From: an uncultured Corynebacterium sp.
GTDB lineage: Bacteria; Actinomycetota; Actinomycetes; Actinomycetales; Dermabacteraceae
Reading direction: 5' to 3'
NCBI GenBank assembly: GCA_964535185.1
Contig: CAZHSL010000001.1
Location: 1 to 55,689, forward strand
Length of the DNA: 55,689 bases
The notes under the pieces were generated by a model. That model ran no database searches. It saw only the letters and a list, made by a program, of their open reading frames with translations, and was not told where the DNA came from. The position numbers and the translations under genes are program-made. Shown here piece after piece: positions 28,220-38,409 of the stretch (position 1 is its first letter; each line of letters opens with the position of its first letter).

Positions 28220-29149
28220 ATGGAACCGACCGATGCCTCGGCGCAGCCGCCGACGGAGATCCTCCGCCTGGACTCGGTGGCCTCCACCCAGGACGAGGCC
28301 GCGCGGCGCGCGAGCGCCGGCAGGCGCGTGCCCTTCGCGCTCGCCGCCCGGCACCAGAGCCGCGGGCGGGGCCGGCTGGGCCGCTCCTTCGCGAGCCCCG
28401 ACGGCGCGAGCCTCGCCCTCACCTACGTCCACCGCAGCCGGCTCGGCCCGGAGCACCGCGGATGGTTCTCCCTGGCCGCCGGGGTCGCGGCGCTCGCCGC
28501 CCTGGACCAGGTGCTGGGGGAGCCGGCGGACGGCGAGGGGGGCCGCATCGGTCTGAAGTGGCCCAACGACCTGCACACCGAGGACGGCCGCAAGCTCGGG
28601 GGGATCCTCGTCGAGGGTCGCGGGGCGGATCTCGTGCTCCTGGGCATCGGCATGAACCTGCGCGGACCGGTCCTGCAGGCCGATGGGCGGGAGGTGCCCG
28701 GTGCGGCGTCGCTGCGGGGCCCGGGCAGTCTGCGGCCGGGACCGGGCGGCGCGAGCGGCGCCGACGGGCGGGCGGACGACGCTCTGCGCGAACGCCTCGA
28801 ATCCGCGCTGACCACCGCACTGAGCGCCGAGCTTGCTGCGCTGGAGTCCGCAGGAGGAGACGGGGTCTCGGCGGGGACGCATGACCGCTACACTATGACG
28901 TGCCTCACATTGGGGCGTGCGGTGCGGGTCGACCCTCTGGGGGAGACGGGGGCGGGTGGAGCGCAGCCGCCCTCCCTGCACGGCATCGCCCGGACGATCG
29001 ATGCGCACGGCCGTCTGCTGGTCGACCTCGCAGGAGGCGGCCGGAGGGCCGTGGACATCGGGGACGTGAGACATCTGCGACCGGGCGGACCCGCCCGGCC
29101 CACGACAGGCGATGCGACGGGCATCGAGCAGGAGGAGCGCGGCACGTGA
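28220..29149 (+). CDS. birA: biotin-protein ligase without N-terminal HTH
   Basis: [32 protein letters not shown]. Confidence 0.92.
   Translation: MEPTDASAQPPTEILRLDSVASTQDEAARRASAGRRVPFALAARHQSRGRGRLGRSFASPDGASLALTYVHRSRLGPEHRGWFSLAAGVAALAALDQVLGEPADGEGGRIGLKWPNDLHTEDGRKLGGILVEGRGADLVLLGIGMNLRGPVLQADGREVPGAASLRGPGSLRPGPGGASGADGRADDALRERLESALTTALSAELAALESAGGDGVSAGTHDRYTMTCLTLGRAVRVDPLGETGAGGAQPPSLHGIARTIDAHGRLLVDLAGGGRRAVDIGDVRHLRPGGPARPTTGDATGIEQEERGT
28889..28909 (+). promoter_or_regulatory. candidate internal promoter (-10 TACACT) overlapped by a CRP/GlxR-like site, upstream of the adenylate cyclase
   Basis: TACACT 28889-94; TATGA-CGTGCC-TCACA 28894-28909 matches 9/10 of TGTGA-N6-TCACA; atypical codons ACT, ACA, TTG. 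Confidence 0.5.
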
Positions 29150-30348
29150 CCGGAGGCATGGAAGACCTGGGCAGCAGCACGGGACCCGCGGGAGCGGCCC
29201 CGGGGCAGGAGCCGTCGGAGCCGCAGGAGGCCGTCCCGGTGGAGACCGCGGAGCTGCCCGATCTCTCCCGGGACGGGGACGACGCGGGCTCCCTCGGTGA
29301 CCAGGAGATCCTCGACCTCAACCGGCGCTTCGCGGCCGTGCGCCGCAGCGTCGGCGCGCTCGAGAAGATCCTCCTGCAGGGCCCGCGCAAGTACTCCCGA
29401 CGGGACCTCGCCCAGGAGCAGGACATCCCCGAACGGCTCACCTCCGTCTACTGGCGCTCGCTCGGCTTCACCCCGGTCGACGAGGACACCGTGGTGTTCA
29501 CCGACGAGGACGCCCACGCCATCGGCGACCTGGCCGCGATCGTCGAGGACGGCGTGATCAGCGAGCGCGCCTTCGCCAGCATCTCCCGCGGCATGGGCTT
29601 CCACATGGGGCGGCTGGCCATGTGGATCACCGAGGCCCTGGTGGACGAGGCGAAGTACGCCGACGGGCTCGACGACGCCCAGGCGCGCCAGCAGATGCTG
29701 GACTCGATCCCGGAGCTGCTGGAGACCTTCGAGTCGCAGGTGATGTTCACCTTCCGCCGCCAGCTCTCGGCCTACGCGGCCCGTGCCGGCAGCGAGGTGC
29801 TCCACCGCGACACGGACGAGCTGTTCCCGCTGCAGCGCGCCATCGGCTTCGCCGACCTGGTGCAGTTCACCCGGCTCGCACAGGACCTGCCCGGCACCGA
29901 GCTCGCCGACATGGTGGGCCGCTTCGAGCAGCTCAGCCGCGACGTCATCTCCGTCGGCGGCGGCCGCGTGGTCAAGACCGTCGGCGACGAGATCATGTTC
30001 CTGGCCGACACGCCGGAGGACGGCGCCCAGATCGCGGTCAGCCTCGCCGAGGCGATCACCGAGTCCCCCGAGCTGCCGCCCATCAGGGTGGGCCTGGCCT
30101 GGGGCTCGATGTTCTCCCGGTACGGGGACGTGTTCGGGCCGATCGTGAACCTCGCGGCGCGGATGGAGTCCGTCGCCCGGCCCGGCACGGTCCTGGTCGA
30201 CGCCGAGACCTGCGACGCCGTCGAGCAGGCCCTCCCCGGCGGCTTCTCGTTCACCGAGGGGGAGGAGGTCGAGCTCCACGGGATCGGCGAGATCCGGGTG
30301 CGGGAGATGCGGCGGGACCGCTCCGTGCCCCTGGACCTGGGCCTGTGA
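29146..30348 (+). CDS. class III adenylate cyclase with N-terminal regulatory domain
   Basis: GFADLVQFT, KTVGDEIMF, DVFGPIVNLAAR (K/D adenine specificity, N-x3-R); no TM segments; GTGA overlap with birA. Confidence 0.9.
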   Translation: MTGGMEDLGSSTGPAGAAPGQEPSEPQEAVPVETAELPDLSRDGDDAGSLGDQEILDLNRRFAAVRRSVGALEKILLQGPRKYSRRDLAQEQDIPERLTSVYWRSLGFTPVDEDTVVFTDEDAHAIGDLAAIVEDGVISERAFASISRGMGFHMGRLAMWITEALVDEAKYADGLDDAQARQQMLDSIPELLETFESQVMFTFRRQLSAYAARAGSEVLHRDTDELFPLQRAIGFADLVQFTRLAQDLPGTELADMVGRFEQLSRDVISVGGGRVVKTVGDEIMFLADTPEDGAQIAVSLAEAITESPELPPIRVGLAWGSMFSRYGDVFGPIVNLAARMESVARPGTVLVDAETCDAVEQALPGGFSFTEGEEVELHGIGEIRVREMRRDRSVPLDLGL

Positions 30349-30466
30349 GCGCGTACCGGAGCCCCGGGGATGCGTCCGGGAGCACTGCGCCTGTGATGAT
30401 GGGGGCACGGCCCGTCGGACCCCCGTCCCGGGCAGACCCTGCCGGCATCGTCTTAGGATGGACCTC

Positions 30467-31162
<696 letters not shown>

Positions 31163-31165
31163 CCG

Positions 31166-32629
31166 GTGCGGCAGCGCGTGCTGCAGGCCACCATCATCAC
31201 CGTGCTGCTGGCCGTGCTCATGCTCGGCATCCCGCTGGGGTACTCCTGGCTCCAGCTCCAGCGGCAGACCCTCTCCAACCAGGCGAACATGATCCTGGAC
31301 CGGGTCCGCGTCGACACCGAGAACAGGCTCCAGGAGGGCGGTGAGATCGACGAGGCGCTCCTGCAGCGCCGGGTCGACGAGCAGTCGGACCTGAACATCG
31401 CCATCTCCGTCACCTACGAGGGCGTCACCTACTCCGCGGGCGACCCGCCGGGCAAGGAGCCGGTCCAGAAGAACACCAACGGCGCCTTCGGCCAGTCCAT
31501 CTCGGTGTACATCCCGGAGTCCGACGTGCGCGCCCACACCGCGAGCGCCTGGGTGCTGATCATCGTCGCGGGACTCGCGGCGCTGTCGATCGGCGTGTCC
31601 GTGGCGCTGTGGCAGGCGCAGCGCATCTCGATGCCGCTGGCCCGGCTCAGCAGGCGTGCCGAGGAGATGGGCTCGGGGCGCTCGCGCGGCCCCTGGCACC
31701 CCTCGGGCATCTCCGAGATCGACGACGTGGCCGAGGAGCTCGCCCGCTCCGGTGCGATGCTCAACGAACGGCTCGAGGCCGAGAGCCGCCTCGCCTCGGA
31801 CGCCTCCCACCAGCTGCGCACCCCGCTGACGGCCCTCTCGATGCGGCTGGACGAGATCCTGGCCGTCAGCTCCGAGGAATGGGTGCGCGAGGAGGCGCGC
31901 ATCTCCCTCGAGCAGATCGACCGCCTCACCGAAGTGGTCCACGACCTCATCAACGCCCCCCGCTCCTCCCAGCGGCGCACCCCCGGCGTGGTGGAGCTGC
32001 GCAGCGTGCTGACACAGCAGAGCGAGGAGTGGTCCCCGGCCTACCGCCGGGCCGGCCGGGAGCTGCGCGTGCAGGTGCCGCGCTCCGCCGCGGTCTGGGG
32101 ATCGACGGGACCGCTCACCCAGGTCATCGCGACCCTCGTCGAGAACGCCCTCGCCCACGGCGACGGCCGCACCACGGTGAAGGTGCGCCGCAACGACCAC
32201 TCGACCGTCGTCGAGGTCGCCGACGAGGGCGGCGGGATCGACCCGGAGCTCGGAGCGCAGATCTTCGAGCGCTCCGTCTCGGGGCGCAGCTCGAGCGGCA
32301 CCGGCGTCGGCCTGGCGCTCGCGCGGACCCTGGTCGAGGACGACGGCGGCCGGCTCGAGCTGCTCACCGAGCAGCCCGCGACCTTCGGCGTGTTCCTCAT
32401 CTCCGCCCCCGGTGAGGAGGACGGCGACGACGAGCACGAGGACCTGAGGTCCGGGCGCCCGCACCGGGGAGGCCGCGAGGGCCGCGGAATGCGCGGAGGC
32501 AGAGGGCATCGCACCGGCCGGGCCGACATGTCCCCGAGCGGCGTCGCCGGGGCCCGCTCCGGCGGCGACGACTTCGACACCCTGCCGCAGGGGTCCGTGG
32601 TGCGGCGCCGCCCGCGCTCGCGCGACTGA
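31166..32629 (+). CDS. membrane sensor histidine kinase (DraK-like by synteny)
   Basis: Two TM segments, SHQLRTPLT H-box, ENALAH, DEGGG, GTGVGL; low-complexity C-tail. Confidence 0.92.
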   Translation: MRQRVLQATIITVLLAVLMLGIPLGYSWLQLQRQTLSNQANMILDRVRVDTENRLQEGGEIDEALLQRRVDEQSDLNIAISVTYEGVTYSAGDPPGKEPVQKNTNGAFGQSISVYIPESDVRAHTASAWVLIIVAGLAALSIGVSVALWQAQRISMPLARLSRRAEEMGSGRSRGPWHPSGISEIDDVAEELARSGAMLNERLEAESRLASDASHQLRTPLTALSMRLDEILAVSSEEWVREEARISLEQIDRLTEVVHDLINAPRSSQRRTPGVVELRSVLTQQSEEWSPAYRRAGRELRVQVPRSAAVWGSTGPLTQVIATLVENALAHGDGRTTVKVRRNDHSTVVEVADEGGGIDPELGAQIFERSVSGRSSSGTGVGLALARTLVEDDGGRLELLTEQPATFGVFLISAPGEEDGDDEHEDLRSGRPHRGGREGRGMRGGRGHRTGRADMSPSGVAGARSGGDDFDTLPQGSVVRRRPRSRD

Positions 32630-32647
32630 CCTCGTACACTTGCCGCC

Positions 32648-33871
32648 GTGCCCGAGACCTCGCCCCGCCCTGAGCAGTCCTCCGCCGTCGGCAGCGCCCA
32701 CGGTGCCCGTCGCATCGGCATCATCGGAGCCGGGCAGCTGGCCCGCATGATGCTCGGCCCCGCCATCGAGCTGGGCCTGACCACACCCGTCCTGGCCACC
32801 GACCCGGCCGAGAGCGCGGCGGAGGTCGCCGCACGGGTGCAGCTGGGCCGCCACGACGACGAGCAGTCGGTGCGTGAGCTCGCTGCGGACGTCGAGGTGC
32901 TCACCTTCGACCACGAGCACGTGCCCACCGCGATCCTCGAACGGCTCGAGCAGGAGGGCGCCGCCGCCGTGCGGCCCGGGCCCGCCGCGCTCGTGCACGC
33001 CCAGGACAAGCTGGTCATGCGCGAGCGCCTGACCGCCCTCGGCCACCCCTGCCCGCGCTGGTGGCGGATCGGCGCCGCCAGCGATCTCGCCGCGGCGCTC
33101 GCCGAGACCGACGGACGGATCGTGGTCAAGACCCCGCGCGGCGGCTACGACGCCCACGGGGTGCGGATCGTGGACGGCCCCGACCAGGCGGACGACTGGC
33201 TCTCCGCGCACGGCGAGCTGCTCGCCGAGGAGCTGGTGCCCTTCACCCGCGAGCTCTCCGCCCAGGTCGCCCGCAGGCCCGGGGGCGAGGCCGTCGCCTA
33301 TCCGGTGGTGCAGTCCGTGCAGAAGGACGGGGTCTGCTACGAGGTGGTCGCCCCCGCGCCCGACCTCGACGAGGCGGCCCAGCAGCGGATCCAGGACCTC
33401 GCCCTCGCCATCGCGGAGGATCTCGGGGTCACCGGGATGCTCGCCGTGGAGCTGTTCGAGACCGCGAGCGGCGAAGTGCTCGTCAACGAGCTCGCCATGC
33501 GCCCCCACAACACCGGGCACTGGTCCATGGACGGCGCCGTGACGGGCCAGTTCGAGCAGCACCTGCGTGCCGTCGCCGATCTCCCGCTGGGCGCCACGAC
33601 GCCGCGCGGCCGGGTCTCGGTGATGGTGAACCTCCTCGGCGGCGCCGCCGAGGACCTCGCCCCCGGTGCCCACCTCGCGCTCGCCGCCGATCCGGAGCTG
33701 AAGCTCCACCTCTACGGCAAGTCCGTGCGTCCCGGGCGGAAGATCGGCCACGTCACCCTCGTCGGTGACGACGCCGAGGAGCTGCTCGCCCGCGCCCATC
33801 GCGCCGAGCGCCTGATCATCGACGGGCCCGAAGCGTCCGTCGGCCCTTCGAACCCCGGAGCGACCCGATGA
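32648..33871 (+). CDS. purK: N5-CAIR synthetase
   Basis: [46 protein letters not shown]. Confidence 0.95.
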   Translation: MPETSPRPEQSSAVGSAHGARRIGIIGAGQLARMMLGPAIELGLTTPVLATDPAESAAEVAARVQLGRHDDEQSVRELAADVEVLTFDHEHVPTAILERLEQEGAAAVRPGPAALVHAQDKLVMRERLTALGHPCPRWWRIGAASDLAAALAETDGRIVVKTPRGGYDAHGVRIVDGPDQADDWLSAHGELLAEELVPFTRELSAQVARRPGGEAVAYPVVQSVQKDGVCYEVVAPAPDLDEAAQQRIQDLALAIAEDLGVTGMLAVELFETASGEVLVNELAMRPHNTGHWSMDGAVTGQFEQHLRAVADLPLGATTPRGRVSVMVNLLGGAAEDLAPGAHLALAADPELKLHLYGKSVRPGRKIGHVTLVGDDAEELLARAHRAERLIIDGPEASVGPSNPGATR

Positions 33872-34434
33872 CCCAGCACCCCAGCACCCAGGCCGCCGGT
33901 GCCGCCCCGACCGGCACCGGCAGCACCGCCCGCCCCCTGGTGGGCATCGTGATGGGCTCGGACTCCGACTATCCGGTGATGAAGGCGGCTGAGGAGGCGC
34001 TTGCCGAGTTCGGGATCGCCTGCTCCGCCGAGGTGGTCTCCGCCCACCGGATGCCCGAGGACATGATCACCTGGGGCCGCGGCGCCGCCGAGCGCGGGCT
34101 GCGGGTGGTGATCGCCGGAGCCGGCGGTGCCGCCCACCTGCCCGGCATGCTCGCGTCCCTCACCCCGCTGCCGGTGATCGGGGTGCCGGTGCCGCTGAAG
34201 CACCTCGACGGCATGGACTCCCTGCTCTCGATCGTGCAGATGCCCGCCGGCGTGCCGGTCGCGACCGTCTCCATCGGCGGCGCCCGCAACGCCGGACTGC
34301 TCGCCGCGCGGATTCTCGCCGCCGGCGGCGACGCCGAGGCCGCGCGGCTCCGTGAGCGGATGATCGACTTCCAGACAGAGCTGCGGGAGATCGCGCTGGC
34401 CAAGGGGGAGACGCTGCGCAGCGAGCGATCGTGA
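33868..34434 (+). CDS. purE: N5-CAIR mutase
   Basis: [36 protein letters not shown]. Confidence 0.96.
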   Translation: MTQHPSTQAAGAAPTGTGSTARPLVGIVMGSDSDYPVMKAAEEALAEFGIACSAEVVSAHRMPEDMITWGRGAAERGLRVVIAGAGGAAHLPGMLASLTPLPVIGVPVPLKHLDGMDSLLSIVQMPAGVPVATVSIGGARNAGLLAARILAAGGDAEAARLRERMIDFQTELREIALAKGETLRSERS

Positions 34435-35555
34435 TGAGCGCCGTCGCCAGCGCGCGCACGTCGACCGGACGACTCGAGTGGGTCGACCTCGCCCGAGGTG
34501 TCACGATCTTCTTGGTGGTGATGTACCACGTCGCGGTCGGTGCCGGCCATTCCCTGCTCCCGGCGGAGTTCTCCGAGGCCGGTGCCCGCTGGGCTGCGGT
34601 GAATCGGCTCCTCCAGCCGCTGAGGATGCCGTTGTTCTTCCTCTTGTCGGGGATGCTCGCTCATTCGGCCGCCCATCGTGAGTGGACTAAAGTCTGGCGC
34701 CCTCGCATTGCTGACCTCTGGTGGCCGTACCTGCTGTGGTCCGGGGTGTTCGCGGTGACCGCCTGGCCTCGTTACGCCCCCGAGGACGCGGTGGGCTACG
34801 TGAAGCTCCAGGGCGTGGCAACCGCGACAGGGGCCGGGCCGTACTGGTTCATTCTGATGCTCCCGTTGTACTTCCTGCTGGTCCGGGCGGGGAGGAACCA
34901 TCCTCGCGTGCTGCTCGGCATCGTCGCTGTGCTGTACATCGGCGCCGGGCCGCTACGGCAGCTGATCCTGAATCTGGCGTGGCTGCCCGAGCTCCTGTCG
35001 GGTGGGGCTTACAGGTTCGCCTACTTCGCGATCTGGTACGTCGCCGGATGGGCTCTGCGGAAGCACATCTTCCGCTATACCGACCGTGCTCCCTCGATCA
35101 TGATCCTGGTCGGTGCTGCGGGCTTCGTGGGGATGACCGTGCTCATCCAGGGCTGGGAGGGATCAGCACTGATGTCCAGGCTGATGGTCCTCGCCGCCGG
35201 AATACTCGGCATCTCGTCCGTCTTCCCTCTGCTACGCCGCCTCGCGCTCTGGGGGCCGCTTTCAAGACTGGGAGCTCTCGTGGGGAGCAAGACACTCCCG
35301 ATCTACATCATTCACCCGTTGTTCATCAACGTGGTCGTACTGTTCCTCCCGCCATCCTGGATGGGCCGCGCGCTGCAGGGAACGGTGTTGGCAGACGTGA
35401 TGCTGGTACCTGTCATCACGGTGCTCGGCACGGCGGCAGGTGTGCTGTTCGCCATGCTGATCGATCGCGTCGGCCCGCACTGGGCACTTGCGTCCCCGCG
35501 CCCGGGTCGCCGCCGCGACGCAGCGCGGGCGGGACCTGAGCGCGGGTACCGCTGA
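34431..35555 (+). CDS. acyltransferase-3 family membrane O-acyltransferase
   Basis: [10 protein letters not shown]...[23 protein letters not shown]; about 10 TM segments. Confidence 0.85.
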   Translation: MMSAVASARTSTGRLEWVDLARGVTIFLVVMYHVAVGAGHSLLPAEFSEAGARWAAVNRLLQPLRMPLFFLLSGMLAHSAAHREWTKVWRPRIADLWWPYLLWSGVFAVTAWPRYAPEDAVGYVKLQGVATATGAGPYWFILMLPLYFLLVRAGRNHPRVLLGIVAVLYIGAGPLRQLILNLAWLPELLSGGAYRFAYFAIWYVAGWALRKHIFRYTDRAPSIMILVGAAGFVGMTVLIQGWEGSALMSRLMVLAAGILGISSVFPLLRRLALWGPLSRLGALVGSKTLPIYIIHPLFINVVVLFLPPSWMGRALQGTVLADVMLVPVITVLGTAAGVLFAMLIDRVGPHWALASPRPGRRRDAARAGPERGYR

Positions 35556-35585
35556 CGGCGGGTACGGCGCGGTAGTGTCGGCCCC

Positions 35586-36278
35586 ATGACGAATGCTTTC
35601 CAGCGTGCAGACGTACGGATCGTGGACTCCGCCGACGTGGCGGAAACGGCGAACGTCGGGCGCGGCTCCATGGTCTGGCACCTGGCCCAGGTGCGAGAGG
35701 ATGCCGTGCTCGGCACCGGATGCATCATCGGCCGCGGTGCCTACATCGGCTCCGGCGTGCAGATGGGCGACGGCTGCAAGATCCAGAACTACGCCCTGGT
35801 GTACGAACCGGCGACGCTGGCCGACGGCGTGTTCGTGGGCCCCGCCGCGGTCTTCACCAACGACCACTTCCCCCGCGCCGTGAACCCTGATCTCACCCCC
35901 AAGTCCACCTCCGACTGGGAACCGGTCGGCGTGACCTGCGAGACCGGTGCTTCCATCGGTGCCCGCGCCGTGTGCGTGGCGCCCGTGACGATCGGTGCCT
36001 GGGCGATGGTCGCCGCCGGCGCCACCGTGGTCAAGGACGTCCCGCCCCATGCGCTGGTGGCCGGGGTCCCCGCACGGCGCCTCGGCTGGGTCGGACGCTC
36101 CGGTGAGAAGCTGGTCCCCACCTCCGACGGGACCGACGCCTGGGTGTGCCCCACCACCGGCGAGTGGTACATCCCCGACGACTCCACCGGCGGGCTGCTC
36201 CTCGCCTCCTCGCCCCTGGCCGACGCACCGCGCCCGGCCGAGCTCTCCGACGACGAACAGGACGGTCCTGCCGCATGA
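35586..36278 (+). CDS. hexapeptide-repeat N-acetyltransferase, WbpD/WlbB-like
   Basis: VWH, CKIQN, VFTND..PRA, GVPARRLGWV; left-handed beta-helix repeats. Confidence 0.85.
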   Translation: MTNAFQRADVRIVDSADVAETANVGRGSMVWHLAQVREDAVLGTGCIIGRGAYIGSGVQMGDGCKIQNYALVYEPATLADGVFVGPAAVFTNDHFPRAVNPDLTPKSTSDWEPVGVTCETGASIGARAVCVAPVTIGAWAMVAAGATVVKDVPPHALVAGVPARRLGWVGRSGEKLVPTSDGTDAWVCPTTGEWYIPDDSTGGLLLASSPLADAPRPAELSDDEQDGPAA

Positions 36279-37384
36279 ACACCGAACTCACGATGATCCC
36301 GCCGGCGAAGCCGATCATCGGTCAGGAGGAGCGGGACGCGGTCGATCGCGTGCTGGCCTCGGGCATGGTGGCGCAGGGGCCGGAGGTGGTGGCGTTCGAG
36401 GAGGAGTTCTCGAGCGCGCTGGCCGGTGGCCGTGAGGTGGTGGCGGTGAACTCGGGCACCTCGGGGCAGCATCTGGGGATGCTGGCGCTGGGTCTGGGGC
36501 CGGGTGATGAGGTGATCGTGCCGTCGTTCACCTTCGCGGCGACCGCGAACACCGTGGCGGTGTGCGGGGCGACGCCGGTGTTCGTGGATGTGGATCCGGA
36601 GACGTTCACGATCGATCCGGCGGCGGTCGAGGCTGCGGTCACGGAGCGGACGGTCGGCATCCAGCCGGTGCATCTGTACGGGCATCCGGCGCCGATGGAC
36701 CAGCTGCTGGCGGTCGCGGACAGGCATGGGCTGTGGGTGTTCGAGGACGCGGCGCAGGCGCACGGCGCGACCTGGCAGGGTGGTCAGGTGGGCACTTTCG
36801 GGCAGGGCGGGATGTTCTCGCTGTATCCGACGAAGAACATGACTTCGGGGGAGGGTGGGATGGTCTCCTGCGCCACGCCGGAGATCGCGCGGCAGGTGCG
36901 GCTGCTGCGGAACCAGGGGATGGAGACGCAGTATGCGAACGAGGTCGCGGGCTTCAACAACCGGATGACCGACATCCATGCGGCGATCGGTCGGGTCCAG
37001 CTGGGCAAGCTGTCGGGGTGGACCGCGACGCGGCAGGAGAATGCGGCGTTCTTCGATGCGAACCTGGCCGGGGTGGTGGTGCCGGTGGTGCGTGAGGAGG
37101 CCTCGCACGTCTATCACCAGTACACGATCCGTCTCGAGGGCGCGTCGGCGGCGGAGCGGGATGCGTTCGCGACCGCGCTGCGGGAGGAGCATCAGGTGGG
37201 GTGCGGGGTGTACTACCCGACGCCGGTGCATCGTCTGGCCACGTTCCGGACGGAGGTGGATCTGCCGGTGACGGAGATGCTGGCTCGTGAGGTGCTGTCG
37301 CTGCCGGTGCATCCGAGCATCTCGGACATGGATCGGGAGCGGGTCGTGGCGGCTGTGAACACTCTGGCGAAGGCGGGGGCATGA
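36275..37384 (+). CDS. DegT/DnrJ/EryC1/StrS aminotransferase, WbpE-like
   Basis: FTFAAT, VHLYG, EDAAQA, SLYPTKN (PLP Lys), HQYT, SLPVHP. Confidence 0.9.
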   Translation: MNTELTMIPPAKPIIGQEERDAVDRVLASGMVAQGPEVVAFEEEFSSALAGGREVVAVNSGTSGQHLGMLALGLGPGDEVIVPSFTFAATANTVAVCGATPVFVDVDPETFTIDPAAVEAAVTERTVGIQPVHLYGHPAPMDQLLAVADRHGLWVFEDAAQAHGATWQGGQVGTFGQGGMFSLYPTKNMTSGEGGMVSCATPEIARQVRLLRNQGMETQYANEVAGFNNRMTDIHAAIGRVQLGKLSGWTATRQENAAFFDANLAGVVVPVVREEASHVYHQYTIRLEGASAAERDAFATALREEHQVGCGVYYPTPVHRLATFRTEVDLPVTEMLAREVLSLPVHPSISDMDRERVVAAVNTLAKAGA

Positions 37385-38409
37385 GCATGATCGGAAAGCA
37401 GAAGACGCTGCGGGCCGGGCTGATCGGTCTGGGCATGATGGGACGCCATCATGCGCGCAACCTCCAGTCGTTGGAAGGGGTGGAGCTGGTCGCGGTCGCC
37501 GATGCGCACGGCGATCCGCACGGTGCCGCACCGGGGCTCGATGTGCTGCCGGATGTGGAGGCGCTGATCGCCGCCGGAATCGACTACGCGGTGGTCGCGG
37601 TACCCACCCAGTTCCATCGGGACGTGGCGATCACGCTGGCGGAGGCCGGGGTGCACACGCTGGTCGAGAAGCCCTTGGCGTTCGACATCGGCGAGGCGGA
37701 GGAGATCACCGCCGCGTACGAGAAGGCCGGGCTGGTCGGTGCGGTGGGCTACATCGAGCGGTACAACCCGGCGCTGCAGGAGATGCGCAAGCGCATCGCC
37801 GACGGACAGCTGGGGGAGATCTACCAGATCGTCACCCGACGCCAGGGCGGGTTCCCGGCCCGGATCGCGGACGTGGGGGTGGTCAAGGACCTGGCTACCC
37901 ACGATCTCGACCTCACGGCGTGGGTGGCGCAGTCCCCGTACGCTTCGGTCGCGGCGACCTCGACGCGCCGCTCGGGCCGGAGGGACGAGGACATGGTCTC
38001 GATCACGGGCCGGCTCGAGGACGAGACGATCACCAACCATCTGGTGAACTGGCTGACTCCTTTCAAGGAGCGCGTCACGGTGGTGACGGGGGAGAAGGGC
38101 GCCCTGGTGGGCGACACCCTCAACGCCGACCTCACCTTCCACTCCAATGCCGACGCGGCGACCAACCTGTGGGAGTCCATGGCCTCGTTCCGCGGGGTCA
38201 GCGAGGGTGACTCGATCCGCTACGCCCTGCACCGGCAGGAGCCGCTGGCGACCGAGCACCAGGCCTTCCGTGATGCGATCCATGGGGACGCCTCGAACAT
38301 CGTCACCATGCGGGAGGGCCTGCACACCGTCCGCACCGTGGAGGCTGTGCTGGAGAGCGCCCTGGCTGGGCGCGTCGTCCGTCCGGACGGACCCGTCGAC
38401 GGTGAGTGA
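37381..38409 (+). CDS. Gfo/Idh/MocA oxidoreductase, WbpB-like 3-dehydrogenase
   Basis: GLGMMG, VEKP, ERYNP, DLATHDLD; coupled to the aminotransferase. Confidence 0.85.
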   Translation: MSMIGKQKTLRAGLIGLGMMGRHHARNLQSLEGVELVAVADAHGDPHGAAPGLDVLPDVEALIAAGIDYAVVAVPTQFHRDVAITLAEAGVHTLVEKPLAFDIGEAEEITAAYEKAGLVGAVGYIERYNPALQEMRKRIADGQLGEIYQIVTRRQGGFPARIADVGVVKDLATHDLDLTAWVAQSPYASVAATSTRRSGRRDEDMVSITGRLEDETITNHLVNWLTPFKERVTVVTGEKGALVGDTLNADLTFHSNADAATNLWESMASFRGVSEGDSIRYALHRQEPLATEHQAFRDAIHGDASNIVTMREGLHTVRTVEAVLESALAGRVVRPDGPVDGE

